Assembly (NCBI RefSeq): GCF_018350175.1
Contig: NC_058368.1
Location: forward strand, 127,474,001 to 127,538,000
Source of the DNA: Felis catus
Taxonomy: Eukaryota
Length of the DNA: 64,000 nucleotides
Direction: 5' to 3'
Positions 37,585 to 51,095 of the stretch are shown piece by piece; the first letter of the stretch is position 1; every line of letters begins with the position of its first letter. The position numbers were made by a program, and so were the translations under genes. The notes under the pieces were generated by a model. The model had not been told where the DNA came from and made no database searches. It worked only from the letters and a program-made list of their open reading frames with translations.

Positions 37585-37900
37585 TATGCAATGAACAAAT
37601 ATAGAAGGTCTATAGACATCAGATGCATTGCTATGAATAGTCCTTCTTTTAAGAAGCTCAGTCTAATAAGGACTCAAACCCATAAATAAATGGGAGTTTA
37701 ATATGGCAAATGCTATGCTACTATTACAATAACATGAAAGAACTGTAGCCCAGTGGAAGAGGCTCCTAATTTCACCTGAAGGCTTCTGAGAGGAATTTCC
37801 CTTTGACCTAGAGATGAGAGAGGAACAGCAGGATGCTAGGGAAAAGAAGGGGGAAGATTAGCAGTCTCTAGAGAGAAAGGCTGCCATGTTTTTCAGAGTG
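37585..37900 (-). mobile_element. L2 fragment
   Basis: CAATGAACAAATAT...AAGAAGCTCAGTCTAA...CAAATGCTATG...GAAGGCTTCTGAGAGGA. Confidence 0.5.
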
Positions 37901-38064
37901 TGAGTGGTTGGCAGAGGTGTGTTAGGAGGGAAATGGCTTTGTCTCCCTTTAGGCAGATGACAAAGTAATTAGCTTTACTTCTCACTTTTTATTTTGTATG
38001 GATCTTTGGAAAGTTGACAGTGCTGTGGTTTACTCTTCCCCATGGGCCTTTAGAACCATCACAA

Positions 38065-38263
38065 GGGGCGCCTGGGTGGCTCAGTTGCTTATGTGTCTGA
38101 CTCTAGATTTCGGCTCAGTGATGATCTCACAGTTCATGGGTTTGAGGCCCCTTTTGGGCTCTGCACTGACAGGGTGAAGCCTGCTTGGGATTCTCTCTCT
38201 GTGCCTCTCTCTCTCTCTCATTCTCACTCTCACTCCCTCACTCTCTTTCAAAGTAAATAAACT

Positions 38264-38298
<35 letters not shown>

Positions 38299-38301
38299 AC
38301 A
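38065..38301 (+). mobile_element. Can-SINE with (AGAT)8 tail
   Basis: Head GGGGCGCCTGGGTGGCTCAG; (AGAT)8 38265-38296; degenerate TSD aaccatcacaa/aacaatcacca. Confidence 0.94.
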
Positions 38302-39186
38302 AACAATCACCATCACCAACATGAAGGGTAAGGCAGAAGGCCAGAAGCACCATACACAAGCACACTCGACTCCTATCACAAGAAACCTCATCTGGGAAAG
38401 GATTTGTTGTTTGAAAACATTATAACACTAAATATAAAAGAATACTAGCATACATATGGTGCTTAGAGATATTTTGGATGTACTGATTTATTTTTTGAGG
38501 TTGGGAGATAGCAAGAACATGAAGTAATGGAAATTGCTTTATAGTCTAAAAGCAAATCTATTTAGAGAAAAACCATAATTACACACATAGCTTTTGTGAC
38601 AGGGATAACAGCACCACACAACATTCTACTTGTGAAGATCCACATCAACAAGAGTTTGATTTAATGAACCACCTTCATTAGCACAGACTACCACTGGCTC
38701 ATCCGACATTTAGGTAAGAAACCCAAACTCTGTGTCTCTAAAAACTACAAACCACCCTGGCAGTTTCCCTGAGAGTACAGGTTTCACTTGGCACTTGGGC
38801 CTGAGAGAGTCCTCAAAGTGGGCAATTGTTGGGTATGCTGTGCATTTTGCACCTTTCTATTACCACAGCCTATATCAGGCTCAAGCAGAACAGAAGGGCT
38901 TTCAACGACAATGGCTTTTACCATTTGAGATCTTGAAGCAGAATTTCTTAACCCATTCATTTCTACTATTTCTCAGTAGCTGAGAAGGTGTATGACTCTC
39001 ATTAGTCTGTAAAAAAATTATAGTTTCATGCAATAATCAGAAGGAGATATGCTAAATTAACAAATGGATTTTTTTAAAGGGAGAAGGGAAGGTAAAGAAT
39101 CAGAAGTACTTGTCACAGTTTAATACACTAAATAGGACAATAAATTATAACTATATAGCTAGTGGTTTTAAGTATCTCAATTTTTT

Positions 39187-39409
39187 ATTTTATTTTTTCA
39201 TGTTATTGTTTAAATGTTTATTTATTTTTGAGAGAGACAGAGTGGGAGTGGGGGAGGGGCAGAGAGAGAGGGCGACACAGAACTGGAAGCAGGGTCCAGG
39301 CTCTGAGGTGTCAGCACAGAGCCCAATGCAGGGCTTGAACTCACGAACCACAAGATCATGACCTGAGCTGAAGGTGGACTCTTAACCAACTGAGCCACCC
39401 AGGTGCCCC
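39187..39409 (-). mobile_element. Can-SINE
   Basis: TSD CTCAATTTTTT. Confidence 0.95.
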
Positions 39410-39613
39410 CTCAATTTTTTTTTTAATGCAAAATATTAACTCTTCTAATATCACCTCCCAAATTTATATAAAAGAACACCAATAGAAACCAAACTCACTG
39501 AATCTCAAATCCATTTTAAAAGCACAACATCAACTTTTCCTTTTCTCCTTGCAACCGTCTCTGAGCTATCAGAAAGGTGATGATGGAGTGGAAGTTAAGA
39601 AGATAAGCTTTGA

Positions 39614-39845
39614 GGGGTGCCTGGGTGGCTCAGTCGGTTAAGCGTCTGACTTCAGCTCAGGTCATGATCTCACAGTCCGTGAGTTCGAGCCCCGTGTCAG
39701 GCTCTGTGCTGACAGCTCAGGGCCTGGAGCCTGCTTCAGATTCTGTGTCTCCCTCTCTCTCTCTGCCCCTCTCCTGCTCATGCTCTTTCCCTCTGTCTCA
39801 AAAATAAATAAAAACATTAAAAAAATTTAAAAAAACAACAACAAC
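39614..39845 (+). mobile_element. Can-SINE inserted in a MIR head
   Basis: TSD AAGATA[A/G]GCTTTG; rejoined flanks read GTTAAGAAGATAAGCTTTGGACCCAGAATGCTTGGTTTGCAAACC (MIR 5' end). Confidence 0.95.
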
Positions 39846-40806
39846 AAGATAGGCTTTGGACCCAGAATGCTTGGTTTGCAAACCTGAGCACCCAAGAGGC
39901 GGCAGCTATCTGATCAATGATGATGGCGATGATGACAGCGGTAATGACTGCAATGAATTCAACAAAAAGAGGAAGATGCAGACGATGATTTGGTGATCAA
40001 AGGTCAGTGGGGCTTGTCTGCGGACTGATTTGTGCAATTTTCCTGATAAATACTTAAAAACCAATATACAGAACAAGAGATATTTTGCATCTCTGTCCCT
40101 TCCAAGCTGAATCAAAAAGAAATATGTTTTTGGTTGTGGTTTTCAAAATCTTCCCAAGGCCGGACTGATGCCAATTAAGTGTCACTATATCCTGTATTTA
40201 AATCACCATCTACTAGTTAGATCCAATGTAGACAGTCTACCTCCTGAGAGAATCTTAACAGCTTCTTCTGCACAGGGACTACAGAGTATTGATCAGACAG
40301 CCTCAGGCAGACTCCCTGGAGCTTGTACAGACAGACTTAATCTAATAGTGGGCAGAAATCCCAATAGCAGCTCTGTAGGAATCCCTGGTCACAAATTTCA
40401 ATACCCTGCATCAGGAAGTTTCATAACCATTACTGAACTGTACCTGGTGGCCCACTGGGAATATGTAGAAAACTGATAAAAGAGAGAACAAAACATTTGG
40501 AAGTACAGGGATGAATGATTACAATCTCTATTGGTTCTGATGTAGAGTGAAATCATCAATTAATTATAAACATACTAATATAACTTTGTGGTAGTTGGCT
40601 AACTTAGAAAATCATTTTCCATTATTATATCACTTTACAACATCCCAATTTGGGCAAAAATATCTTTGACATGTTTATTTTCATTCTATAAATCATGCCA
40701 CCAAGGTTAAAAAAAATGAACACCACCACCACTTAGGTACTTTATTAACAATCAAAATCAAATAAGAATGTAACTTTGCAAGATTAAAGAGAAACGGTCA
40801 TCGCTT

Positions 40807-41111
40807 GGGGCACCTGGGTGGCTCAGTTGTTTAAGTGTCCCACTCTTGATTTTGGCTCAGGTCATGATCTCAGGGTCATGAGATCGAGCCCAGCATCAAC
40901 CCTTGCTTCAGGCTCCATGCTTTTGCCATGGTGTGATCAATGTGGTTAATGTGGAGCCCGCTACTGATTCTCTTTCTGTCTCTCCTTCTCACTCTGCCCC
41001 TCCCCACATCATGCTCCCCCTTGCTCCCTCCACCTCTCTCAAAAAACAAAACAAAACAAAAAAAAACAAACAAACAAAAAACCAAAAACAACCAAACAAA
41101 CAAACAAAAAC
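40807..41111 (+). mobile_element. Can-SINE with internal non-SINE insertion and (AAAC)-type tail
   Basis: TSD AGAAA[C/T]GG[T/C]CATC (40790-40802 / 41112-41124). Confidence 0.93.
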
Positions 41112-41299
41112 AGAAATGGCCATCAAATACCAAAAATGATATGGGAGAAAAGAATCACTAGATGACACAAATACATTTATATAAAATACCCAATAAATGA
41201 ACAAAGAAGGAGTATATAAATGCACAGGAGGTGTTTGGGTACATATTTATACTTATTTGTCTGCTATATTTCCCACCCTCCTGTTCAATAGAACTTCCA

Positions 41300-42130
41300 T
41301 CCCCTTACTACCTTCAGAATTTACTCCGCCTGGTCCCAAATCTCACTTCCTTCTTCTGTGTCTTATTTCTCAATTACCAGTAAGTATTCATCAAATGACC
41401 TGCCCCCTTCTCCCAACTGTACTCATAAAAAATGCCAATTATATCTACTAAACATTTGTGGAATTGGCATCCTTCTCTCAATCTCTAGAGCTACTAACCT
41501 AGCTCATGCCATGTGATGTTTTGCCTGAGCTGCAGTAGTGGCCACCTGTTTTTGTTCCCAGCCTCCAATCCAGTCCCTTGCATGTTTATTCTCCATTTAC
41601 CCTCCAAGATATGACCTTGCCCAACCACTGCCTGGAATACTTCATGGTTCCAGGACAAATTCAAAGTCCTTAATCAGGCACACAAGGTCCCCAGGGCCTG
41701 GTCTTTGTTTATTTCTAGTTTCAGATCTTGTCAATGACCTACTTATCATTGTCCCTTTGTCACACAAACCATGTCTCACAAACTGCACATCTCTGCCTCT
41801 GCTCTTTGCCTCCTTCTGGAATCTCTACTTCTCCCCTCAATTGCACACTCACTCTTTAGGACTCAACTGAGGTCACACCTTTTCACCACAGGTTAGGTCC
41901 TGCTCTTATCCACTCCCGTAAAACCCTATACATATTGCTAATCATGGTTCTCACCACATACTTGTCCTGATAACCTATTTAAATATCTGCCCCTCCATTT
42001 TAACTCTTACAATCTGAACTCCTTTGGATTGGGTTTTGTTATTTATTTATGTTAGTCTCTCCCGCATCTAAAACATAGTGGATACATATAAGAGATTTGT
42101 TAAGTGAGTGAGTGGTTAAGTGAATGAATG
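41300..42130 (+). mobile_element. L2 3' region
   Basis: CAGGACAAATTCAAAGTCCTTAA, CCTTCTGGAATCTC, CTTTAGGACTCAACTG, terminal ATTTGTTAAGTGAGTGAG..TGAATGAATG. Confidence 0.8.
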
Positions 42131-43489
42131 CCCTTCTCTAGAATAATTAATACTAAAAAGCAAAGTAAACAAAGTGGAGAAAATGCCATTCCAGGGAATT
42201 CAGGAATGGGAGATGGGGGAGGGGTGGTGAGGCTCTAGGACACATCCCTGGGAGTTTTGCAATTAGGGGGAGTCACATGGTCAGATTAGAAGTGCTTGTT
42301 CTGGAAACCTAAGTCTCCATGAGGAGCACCTAGGGAGGACACAGGACCGGCAAGATGACAAAAGGCTGTGTCGTGTGTGATCAATGTGAATATTCCTCAC
42401 AACACCTGAAGGTTTAGTAAATCAGTCAAATCCACCTGTGTTACAGGTTCATGGATTTCTGGTGAAAAACAGCTCAACTCTTGTACAGCTTTGTGTCCAT
42501 GCTTGAGGACGTGCAGGAGAAAGCATGAGGATGTAGAATGTGATCCTGGCATAGGGAACATGGCAAAAGTGACTCAAATCTCTAAGGAACAAGAGAGCCC
42601 TACCTAACAGAAATATGACAAAAGAGAATAAGATGGAAAGCTGGAGGACAGACACATTCATACCTCAACAGCAATCTCATCTGTTTTTGTATTTTTATGC
42701 ATTTATCAGTTATAATATGCCTAAAAAATCTGATGGTGTTGAAGAAGAATGAGAAAACAAAATTATGTTCAAACCACATCCCACAGTTTCCATATATGAA
42801 AAGTGAGCTTCTTAGCAGCCCATATGAAAAGAGAACACAACGTCTTAAGCAGCTGGGAATTACTCAAAAGACAGGGAACCCCGCTTGATACTGAGGCATC
42901 AAGTAGAAATGTTCCCTGGGTCCTCAGAGGGAAAACATTCAGAAACAACACGCGATAGCTTTATTTTAATGGTTGTGTGACAACAAGAGGAAGAAGCTTA
43001 TTTTGGAAACAACCTTTAAAATAATCATGCAAAACCCTCGTGCTCTTGACTACAAATGTACATAGAGACACTCCCTCCTATTTACCGCAGATGATTGTCT
43101 ATTTCACATAGCATCTTGTATCTCAAACTGCATACTTTAGTCTTGAGACACAACTGTCAATAAAAGAAACATGTCTTATTTTAAAAAAACAAACTTTTTA
43201 TTGTCCATATCCTTGGTTACTTTCAGACAAGAGTTCACACATGGTTAGCATCACTTCCTATGGTGGCAGCAACTCACACTTCAAAGAAGCCTCATCAAAA
43301 GAAGGGACGGTATGTGTGGGTTTACAGAGCATTACAACTTAATGATAACTCAGAGAGGCACCATGTAGCTTCAACTTGAGGAGGAATTTTCCCTTGGCAT
43401 ACTGAAGGGGGATCTGGCAGTGTTTTCTTTGTCCCCAGCCGACTTCTCAATGAAATGTCTCCACTTTGCACCCTTTGGGTTCAGTTGTT

Positions 43490-43648
43490 CAACTGGTTAC
43501 AATTAGTTAGATGAGTAACTGGTCGAACAACTGTAACCAAAGAGTACAGATTGAAGTGTTGAGGTCTACCAGAGAGAGGTTTGCTAGTGGCGATCAGCAG
43601 AGCTCTGTCTGTCCTCTTCAATGTTTGCATGAACCACTTGAAGCAAGA
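43490..43648 (+). mobile_element. L3/CR1 reverse-transcriptase fragment
   Basis: Piecewise translation NWSNNCNQRVQI...SGDQQSSV...VLFNVCMNHL parallels CR1 RT motif NWL..R.QRV.I...[21 protein letters not shown]. Confidence 0.75.
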
Positions 43649-43664
43649 TGCATATTTTTAGGAG

Positions 43665-43800
43665 AAATTCATTGAACATTGTTTCAGTATCTAGTATTTG
43701 CCTGCTATTGTGGCAGGGACTAAGGGTACTGAGAAAACTTCATTTATATGTCCCTGATGCCACGCTGGGGAGTGAAAGAGACAGAGATTATATTACACAA
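43665..43800 (-). mobile_element. L2 3' end
   Basis: ATTCATTGAACA...TATCTAGTATTTGCCTGCTATTGTGGCAGGGACT. Confidence 0.5.
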
Positions 43801-46800
43801 CAGGAAATTTAATGCTTGGTCTCTATCTAGAAAAACTTGAATGAAGAAAAATATTTCAAGGAGTGGGAAGGGGATACCTACCCACCCCACAAAATCTATA
43901 AATTTCCCTTTAACATAAACATTCAGTCATTGTCAACGCTGTGGAGTATATCTGAGAGTTACCTTTATTTAGTTAAACTCACTCAATAGTACATAGGCAA
44001 CAAGTTAACATGTCTTATTTAATAACACGAACAAGAAAACAACAGCCCTGCCTCATTAATCTGAAAGCAGAGGGCTCTCACCTCCCCAAGGCCTAGGCTA
44101 CTCCCTGACATTAATTTGGATACTTTGCAAAACTCATTCTTACAGGCACCAAATGGTCATTTATTATAATTAATGTGCCATGTTTAATGAGATCCTCGCT
44201 GTCTGTAGTAGTTACTCCATTCCCTAATCACCTAGTATTTTTGCCAGGGGACAGCCTTTTGCATTAGGCACACCTAGCTAATTTTGCCATCTGAATGTTG
44301 TGAATTCTTTTTCAATTTTTCAGTGTTGACTGAGACCTTCAAGAGTTCCCAGCACTGTGCTTGGAACTGGGTAAAAATTGGAGAGAAGAGAGTTAAGTTC
44401 CTATTCTAAGAATCTGCTAATCCACTGGGTTGCTTTGCTACAACTCATAAACCCAGAGTGATTAACTGTTGGATATTTTCTGCTGTTAAAAAAACTATTT
44501 TTTTCTCCATTCTAGTTATGCATCAGCAGTGAACATTTACACAAAGACCATGTACTGTTCGTGAGCAAGGCAATAAGTGAAGTCCAACTCTGGGCTTAAA
44601 TGATATCTCTCAGGGTTGAGACTAAATAAAAATGTACACATAAAAGGATCAGAATACAGTTTACATGTGGAATGTAAAAAAATGGAACTATAGTAGCCAG
44701 TTACTTCAAAATATTTTCTTTGTAACATATATGTCTTTCCATAAGAATTCTCTTAATTTTCTAAAGCTCTGTAGAACTTCATATTTCAACTACAGATATT
44801 AGTCAAAGCTGTTTAAAACCAGGCTTCCCTTATTTACAAAAGGCAGTTTTTACAAGACAACCATCAAGAATAAACACAAAAAGAAATGGAAACTTTTCCA
44901 TTTCTAGCAATTTGCCAGAGTAAACTGGCTGTGTACTGAACACAGCTGTTTCTGTGAGAGATTTCTTCTGGTTTGGGAATTTAATATTGACTGTGCTCTT
45001 GTGACATGAGTATAGTAAAGGAAGGATTGTTCTGGGCTTGATAAGGGAGACCAGAAATAATTGCTCCCATGGGTTGTCCCCTGTTTTGGTAGCCAGACTC
45101 TAATCTGGAGCCTCCTAGTTACGAGCCCATCAATTGTCACATCAATTGCAAACAAACAAAATATTCTAGGACTTTTCTTGCCATCCTCCCTAACCTGAAG
45201 AAGACCCAGACCCAGCTGGGAGACAGTTCTGAAGATGAAGTTGAAGGCAGGAAGACAAACTTCAAATTTAAACACAAGAAAGAGTCTCTTATTCTCTACA
45301 CTTCCCACTTTTCAACCATTGAAGGCTGTTTCTCACTGAATTCAATGCTTGGAAAAGAAAAACCAAGACAGTTTTCCCAGGCTGTGGTACATATACCTTC
45401 TTACACGCTTAGTTTTTGGTTTAATAGCAATAATAATAACATAAGATACTTTTAGCACATTATTTAATAAAATTAAGACAACATTTCCTCTAATTTGCCC
45501 AGAGCCTATCTGGATTATTGACAGTTACATTTTATCCACTGCTTGATTTTGTGCCAGAAATGGTACACAGGATTGGACATATTATGGTATTTATTGTTCC
45601 CAGCAGTTTAATAGGCTAACACTTGGCCTAGGAATCCAGGGATGTCTACTTATCCTTTGTGGGATGAACTATTCAAAAGGGGGAATTGTAGCTCAATGTT
45701 AAAAGTCAGTACTGTAGAGTTAACTGGCCTATATTTGAATCCCAGCTGCATGAAGTTGAGTAAGTAGCAAAATGAAGATACCAGTATTACCAAACTTTTA
45801 GTATAATTCAGGAGACTAAATCTGACATATGTTTCCTTGACAGATCTCTAGACCTATTCTGGACCTCTGGGACCCTTCCAAAGATCTCCCATGTCTGTAA
45901 ACCTGCAGAAATGAAATACAGACCTGGGCGTCCCCAAAGATCCCAGGGCCTTGAAGGTCAGCCAAGTGGGTTCTCGGGTTCTATTTACTTGCTATGAATA
46001 ATGTTCCTCACCCAAGCTGATCCCTTTACAAAAGTTCGTTGCTGTTCCTTTTTCTGAAGCTTCTCTTGGAGCCAGACAAAGGTGTGGCCAGTGAGGATTT
46101 TGTGATTATTTGTGCTCCAGTGGGTTGCATTCTTTAGATCATGAAGTGACTGAGTTGGACACAGGGATCAAGGACAATTCTTTCAGCCAGGAGCTTAAGG
46201 CTAACTAACTTGGCACAGGCCCATCTTCTGCAGCAAAATTGGGAATGCAGACAATTAAAAGCTAGGATATCAGAAACAATGTAATTGAACCAAAGAGCTA
46301 AAGTACTGGAATCCTGACATTCTGTACTCAAGCTATAAGGGTATCAGGTATAAGAACTAGAAATATCTCTTTTCTAGGCCAGAATAAACATAGCTCTACC
46401 TGACTTAGGTTTTTCTCTCAGTGTGGCTCACAGAGATTTCAGGGAGTTTACCAACTTATTTAGGAATGGTGTTTCATGGTTTAGGAAGAAATGAACTCCA
46501 GAATGCATCACTTGCTTCCAAGACATGACTCACACCTACACCGATATTTTCAAGAAGGTAGAGCTAGGAATGGGAGTAGGTACGGCACAAAATTGTACCA
46601 TATAGAGACATAGGTCCTTGCCCTTAGCTCTCTCTCCTTAACACAGACATATACATATTTGGTGAAATAATGGCTCTAAATAAATATTACAAAGTAGATT
46701 TTTCAAAACCTAAAGAAGACAGTACGCATATCAGTGATTCTTAGTTAGTTAGTTTTGATTATGGACAACAAAAACCAAATTGGATCAGTCATAATGAGAA

Positions 46801-46898
46801 ACTTCAGATGATAACAATAATATGAACATGGTACCCAGTAGAGCTCTAGAGGAGAACATCAACAAGACAGCAGGAACTAACCCCATAAAGTAGCACCT

Positions 46899-47010
46899 CA
46901 GCTTTGTTAGAAAACTTTGTTTTCTATTTACTGATGCAATAGCTTTGTTCTCTCAACAGCTTTGTTCTCTAGACAGCTTTGTTTTCTATTTATTGATGAA
47001 ATGCTTTTGT
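46899..47010. repeat. Compound short tandem repeat built on CTTTGTT
   Basis: Two 26-bp copies ctttgttttctattta[c/t]tgatg[c/a]aat flanking two 17-bp agctttgttctct-nnac units. Confidence 0.8.
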
Positions 47011-47334
47011 TATGATTAGTAACATATTTTTAAAGCCTGTACATCTCTTTAGCTATACATGAGGGTGAGACATAGCCAGAGGCGTTGATATAACTCTCTT
47101 CAGCTCCAAACAACACAGTTCATGTTCAGGAATACCAAGTGGTAAAGCAATGAGCTGATTTTACACCTCTTCTATGAATTAATTATTCAATTTGAAAACC
47201 ATTTGTTAGACTACTGTTCATCTAGGTCCTGGGGAAAATTGGAGATAACAAGATACAGTCCTCGCCTTTAAGGAACTCCCAATTTCATGGAAATTTATCC
47301 ACAAGCTGGTCACTTCCAGATGTTGATCTAGTTG

Positions 47335-47572
47335 CAGGGCACAGCACGTTCTGACCCTTCGGGCAAATTGAACCCATAGCCTGTTTCTGAAATAAGATTT
47401 TAATGAAACACAGTTGTGTTCATTAGTTTACATATTACCGTGGGCTCTTTACATGCTATGATGACAGATTTGAGTAGTTGTGACAGAATACTTATGGCCC
47501 CCAGAGCCTAAAATAATTGTTAATTTGGCCCTTTATAAAAAAAATGTAAAAAAAAAAGCTCATCTACCTATG
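47335..47572. mobile_element. hAT-Charlie MITE MER58A
   Basis: GGGCAAATT..GCCTGTTTCTG.AAATAAGATTTTAATGAAACACAG...TTGAGTAGTTGTGACAGA...ATGGCCC...AGCCTAAAATA...TGGCCCTTTA. Confidence 0.88.
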
Positions 47573-48061
47573 GTCTCATGATTAATAGAATTTATAAGTT
47601 TAAATTAGACCAAATATTTTCACAAAGGGACTAGTCACAAGATTAAAACCTGTGACTCTAGTGAAAAATACAAAATGTTGAACATGGATTTTGTAACTAA
47701 TATGGATTTTGTAAATTATAAAATATAAATTAATTTATAAATTATAAAATATATTCTCATGATAAATTTATTGAAGAAAGGAGTTGGTTTATATATGCTG
47801 CTACAGAAAGATATTAAAGAGAATTTATATGTTAAAAAAACCCAAGGTACATACAATATTTATAGCACATTCTTACTTATGTAAAATAAAAGTAGGTTTT
47901 TATCTACACATACATGTTTTACATTCATTGACTATTTCTTCAAGCTGTATAAAATTAGTAGTTTTATTCCTAAACAGAGACACAGGTACTACTAGAAATT
48001 TTTATCATGTTGCTAACTAACCTGAAATAATGTATCTTAAAGTATTTCAGCATAAGTAGTG

Positions 48062-48063
<2 letters not shown>

Positions 48064-48135
<72 letters not shown>

Positions 48136-48182
48136 AAGAGAGAGACAGAGACAGAGAGAGACAGAGACAGAGACAGGGAGAG
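48064..48182. repeat. Compound (GT)n(GA)n(GACAGA)n microsatellite
   Basis: Directly seen. Confidence 0.95.
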
Positions 48183-50979
48183 TGTTAGTTTTATTTTTCA
48201 TCTTAAGGGCATTCTTTGACATCTGAAAAATCTCAATATTAACTCCACACTACAACCATGGCTATTCAAAAAAGCATGAACTATTTGCTATCTTGAGCTA
48301 TAACTAAAAGATTTGTTAATTCACATAATAGTCTTTAAAAGTCATTTTCATATTGAGTGGTGTTAAAGAAATGTGGGTCGATTCAAAAACTTCACCTTTA
48401 CCAACAAAGAACAAGGATGTATGAATCTAAATGGTGTCCTAAGCCTGGGGCTGTAATTGGGTCTTGTGTCCTGTTATCTTAAGTGGACTCTGTCAGCTAA
48501 TTCTGATCAGACAGGCAGCTAATCCTGCCTGAAGAACACTGTCACACCAGTCTGGCATTAATATTCCATGCAAAACACTTATGTCTAAGGGACAAAGAAC
48601 GGGGAGTGTATGAAGATTATGAAAACAGACTGCATGGCAGTTTGTAGCTCCTTGATATCAACAGCTTGCCCATAAATCACAATTCTATTTGAAATTTTCT
48701 TTCATGATTATATTATTCCTGATGACTTGGTTGTGAGGAAAAGACCTGGGTAGCTACTTCTCTTTTCATTAGCGCATGCTATGTTATTCACCAAAAGAAC
48801 ATTACAGCTATAAAGGGTTACACAGTGACTCACTTAAAAATAAGTGACTAGTCTTGATCAAAGAGGTATTACCTAAGCCTCAATTAATGAATGTTCTACT
48901 TACTTCTACTTAGGACATGAAGGTCACCCTGGCTATAAGTCAATAGCACTGGCCCCATAGTCTTCATTTATCACTGGGCTCACTCTCTCTCTTTTTAATC
49001 AAGAACATCCCCGAATATGTATTCAGCAACAATAATGCTAAGGCTTATCTGATGTTGAAAAGCTGTGAATTCAAGGGGAGAATCATAACATTTTGGTCTA
49101 GAAAGATGTTTTAAATGGCATCTATGTCATCTGTCCATGCTACTCATCATTTTCTACAGGAGGAAATGGAAATCGATGGAAGAAAAAGAACTTGCCTAAA
49201 ATGGCTAAGCTAGGGACTAACCAGGATCAGAGCCCTTATTTACCTCTCAGCCTTTTCCCCTGCAGACCTAGGAATAAAAATTAATACTGAGGAAATAAGG
49301 AAATGTATTTAATACTTCCAGCTAAGGACAAAATTCCTAGGAACTCTTCTCTCTATAAACAGAAAATCTAAACTCTTCAAAAAAAAAAGGCTCCTCCTTT
49401 GCTGCAACACATGCTCTGAACTTATTTCAGGTTGGAAAGCATAACAATGATTCCTGGGTAGTTTTATGAAAACAGAAGTTTCTGTAAAACAAATTAACTT
49501 GCCAAGGAAGACTATGGAACTTGAGAGAGGAAAGGGGCTATTGGTGCCAAGAGTCTGGTACGCTGCTGAGAAGTTTCCAGACAGCAAGGAACACAGCGGG
49601 GAGTAGAAAAAAATGGAAATGATAGATGAAGTTGCTCTTCAAACACAACTTGGTTTCTGACAGCTTTTGTTGAAAAATGTGGGAGACGCTGAGCAGAAAC
49701 ATTAGTGCAGAAGCAGTCCAGGGGCTCAAGTGCTCAAGGCTCTTCACCTCGGTGTAAATATTGCAACTTCCTCTCATCCTTCTACTGGAGAGAGGAGGAT
49801 GAGCTAGGAGAGCAGCAATAACTAGAGAGGCAGCTTCTAATTGAGAATTGTTCAGTGGAATGCAGAAAAAGCATAGTTTGCTTGGATCCCAACAATGATT
49901 TCTTCAAAAATAAAGGAAGTAATAACCATTAGCATAATGTTAATACAAATCCCAGGCTTCAATTACTTTAGACAGAGCTCTGCAGGAGATCACCTAAGGG
50001 AATTGTGGGGGAAAAAGGAGGCTCCAATCAACTGCAGCAGGTTTGCTGATTCCTTTCTGTGGGCACAGCATGGCATTGAGTGCTTTGGGGATTATTACGG
50101 AAAGAAAAGATGTGCTTTCTTTCCTTGAGAGCTTCTGAATTTGGATGGGACAAGGTAAATACGTGCAACTGAACACGTCACAAGTATATAAACAATTAAA
50201 CAACTGAGCAGAGCTGTGCCAGCTCAGTACTGAGGGAAGTGGGAAGAATTCAAGTGGAGCTTGAGATAGAGATGAGACAAGAGAGATTTTATAGAAAACT
50301 CACCTGAGTTTTACCACCCAGAGGGGACCTTTCCAGTTTAACTTAAAGTGCAGGAGAGGATTATACTTAGTATGAGAGCAGGAAAGTGGGAAAACCCATC
50401 CTTTAACACATGATGGAAGAACCAACAGAGTATTCTGAAACCTCCATGTCTAGAGAGAGAATACTCTTCATCGAAAATAAGATGTGGGGATTCTTGAAAA
50501 GGACAACCCTAAATTATGCACATAATAATTCAGTGGGAAAGTCTATTACACCCCAAACTCTCAAAGTCTCAGTAACACAATTATACATTTTCTTATAACA
50601 AGGGAAATTAAAGGCTAATATAAAGTAACAAAAGACAGTATTTACCTTAATGTCAATCTTAAAAATGAAGTCATAAGACCCAGTCTAATTATATATTTCA
50701 TAGATATCAGCATTGTTAGTTTAAATCCTATAAATGTCATATTCCGACTAACTTCTATGGGGGAAATATTCTGTATGTGTAGTTCTAAAGCTGTTTTTGC
50801 AAGAAAGAAAAACTTGTCATCAGTATTTCTATTCTGATTACTTTTATATTTAAAAGTCTACATATCCTACTTTTAATTATCTCAGAAAGCAATAGGTTAA
50901 CCAATAGCTACCCCCCAGGGAGCACTGACAGCCCCAGGCATCAGATAAAATTCGTATGTAGTTTATAATTGCTAATAAC

Positions 50980-51095
50980 AGTAGCCTAATAAAGCACCAT
51001 AAACGTAAGCATATTTTACAGACCAGGAAACTAAGGTGCAGAAAGTTGATGTAATTTGCCCTTGCTCACTGCTAATCACGGGCAGAACCTCCAAG
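50980..51095 (-). mobile_element. MIR fragment
   Basis: ATTTTACAGACCAGGAAACTAAGGTGCAGAAAG..GTAATTTGCCC. Confidence 0.7.

Noticed and set aside
39888..39908. CTCF-like CCAAGAGGCGGCAG
   Set aside because: Three mismatches in the core; lies at the edge of a MIR remnant.
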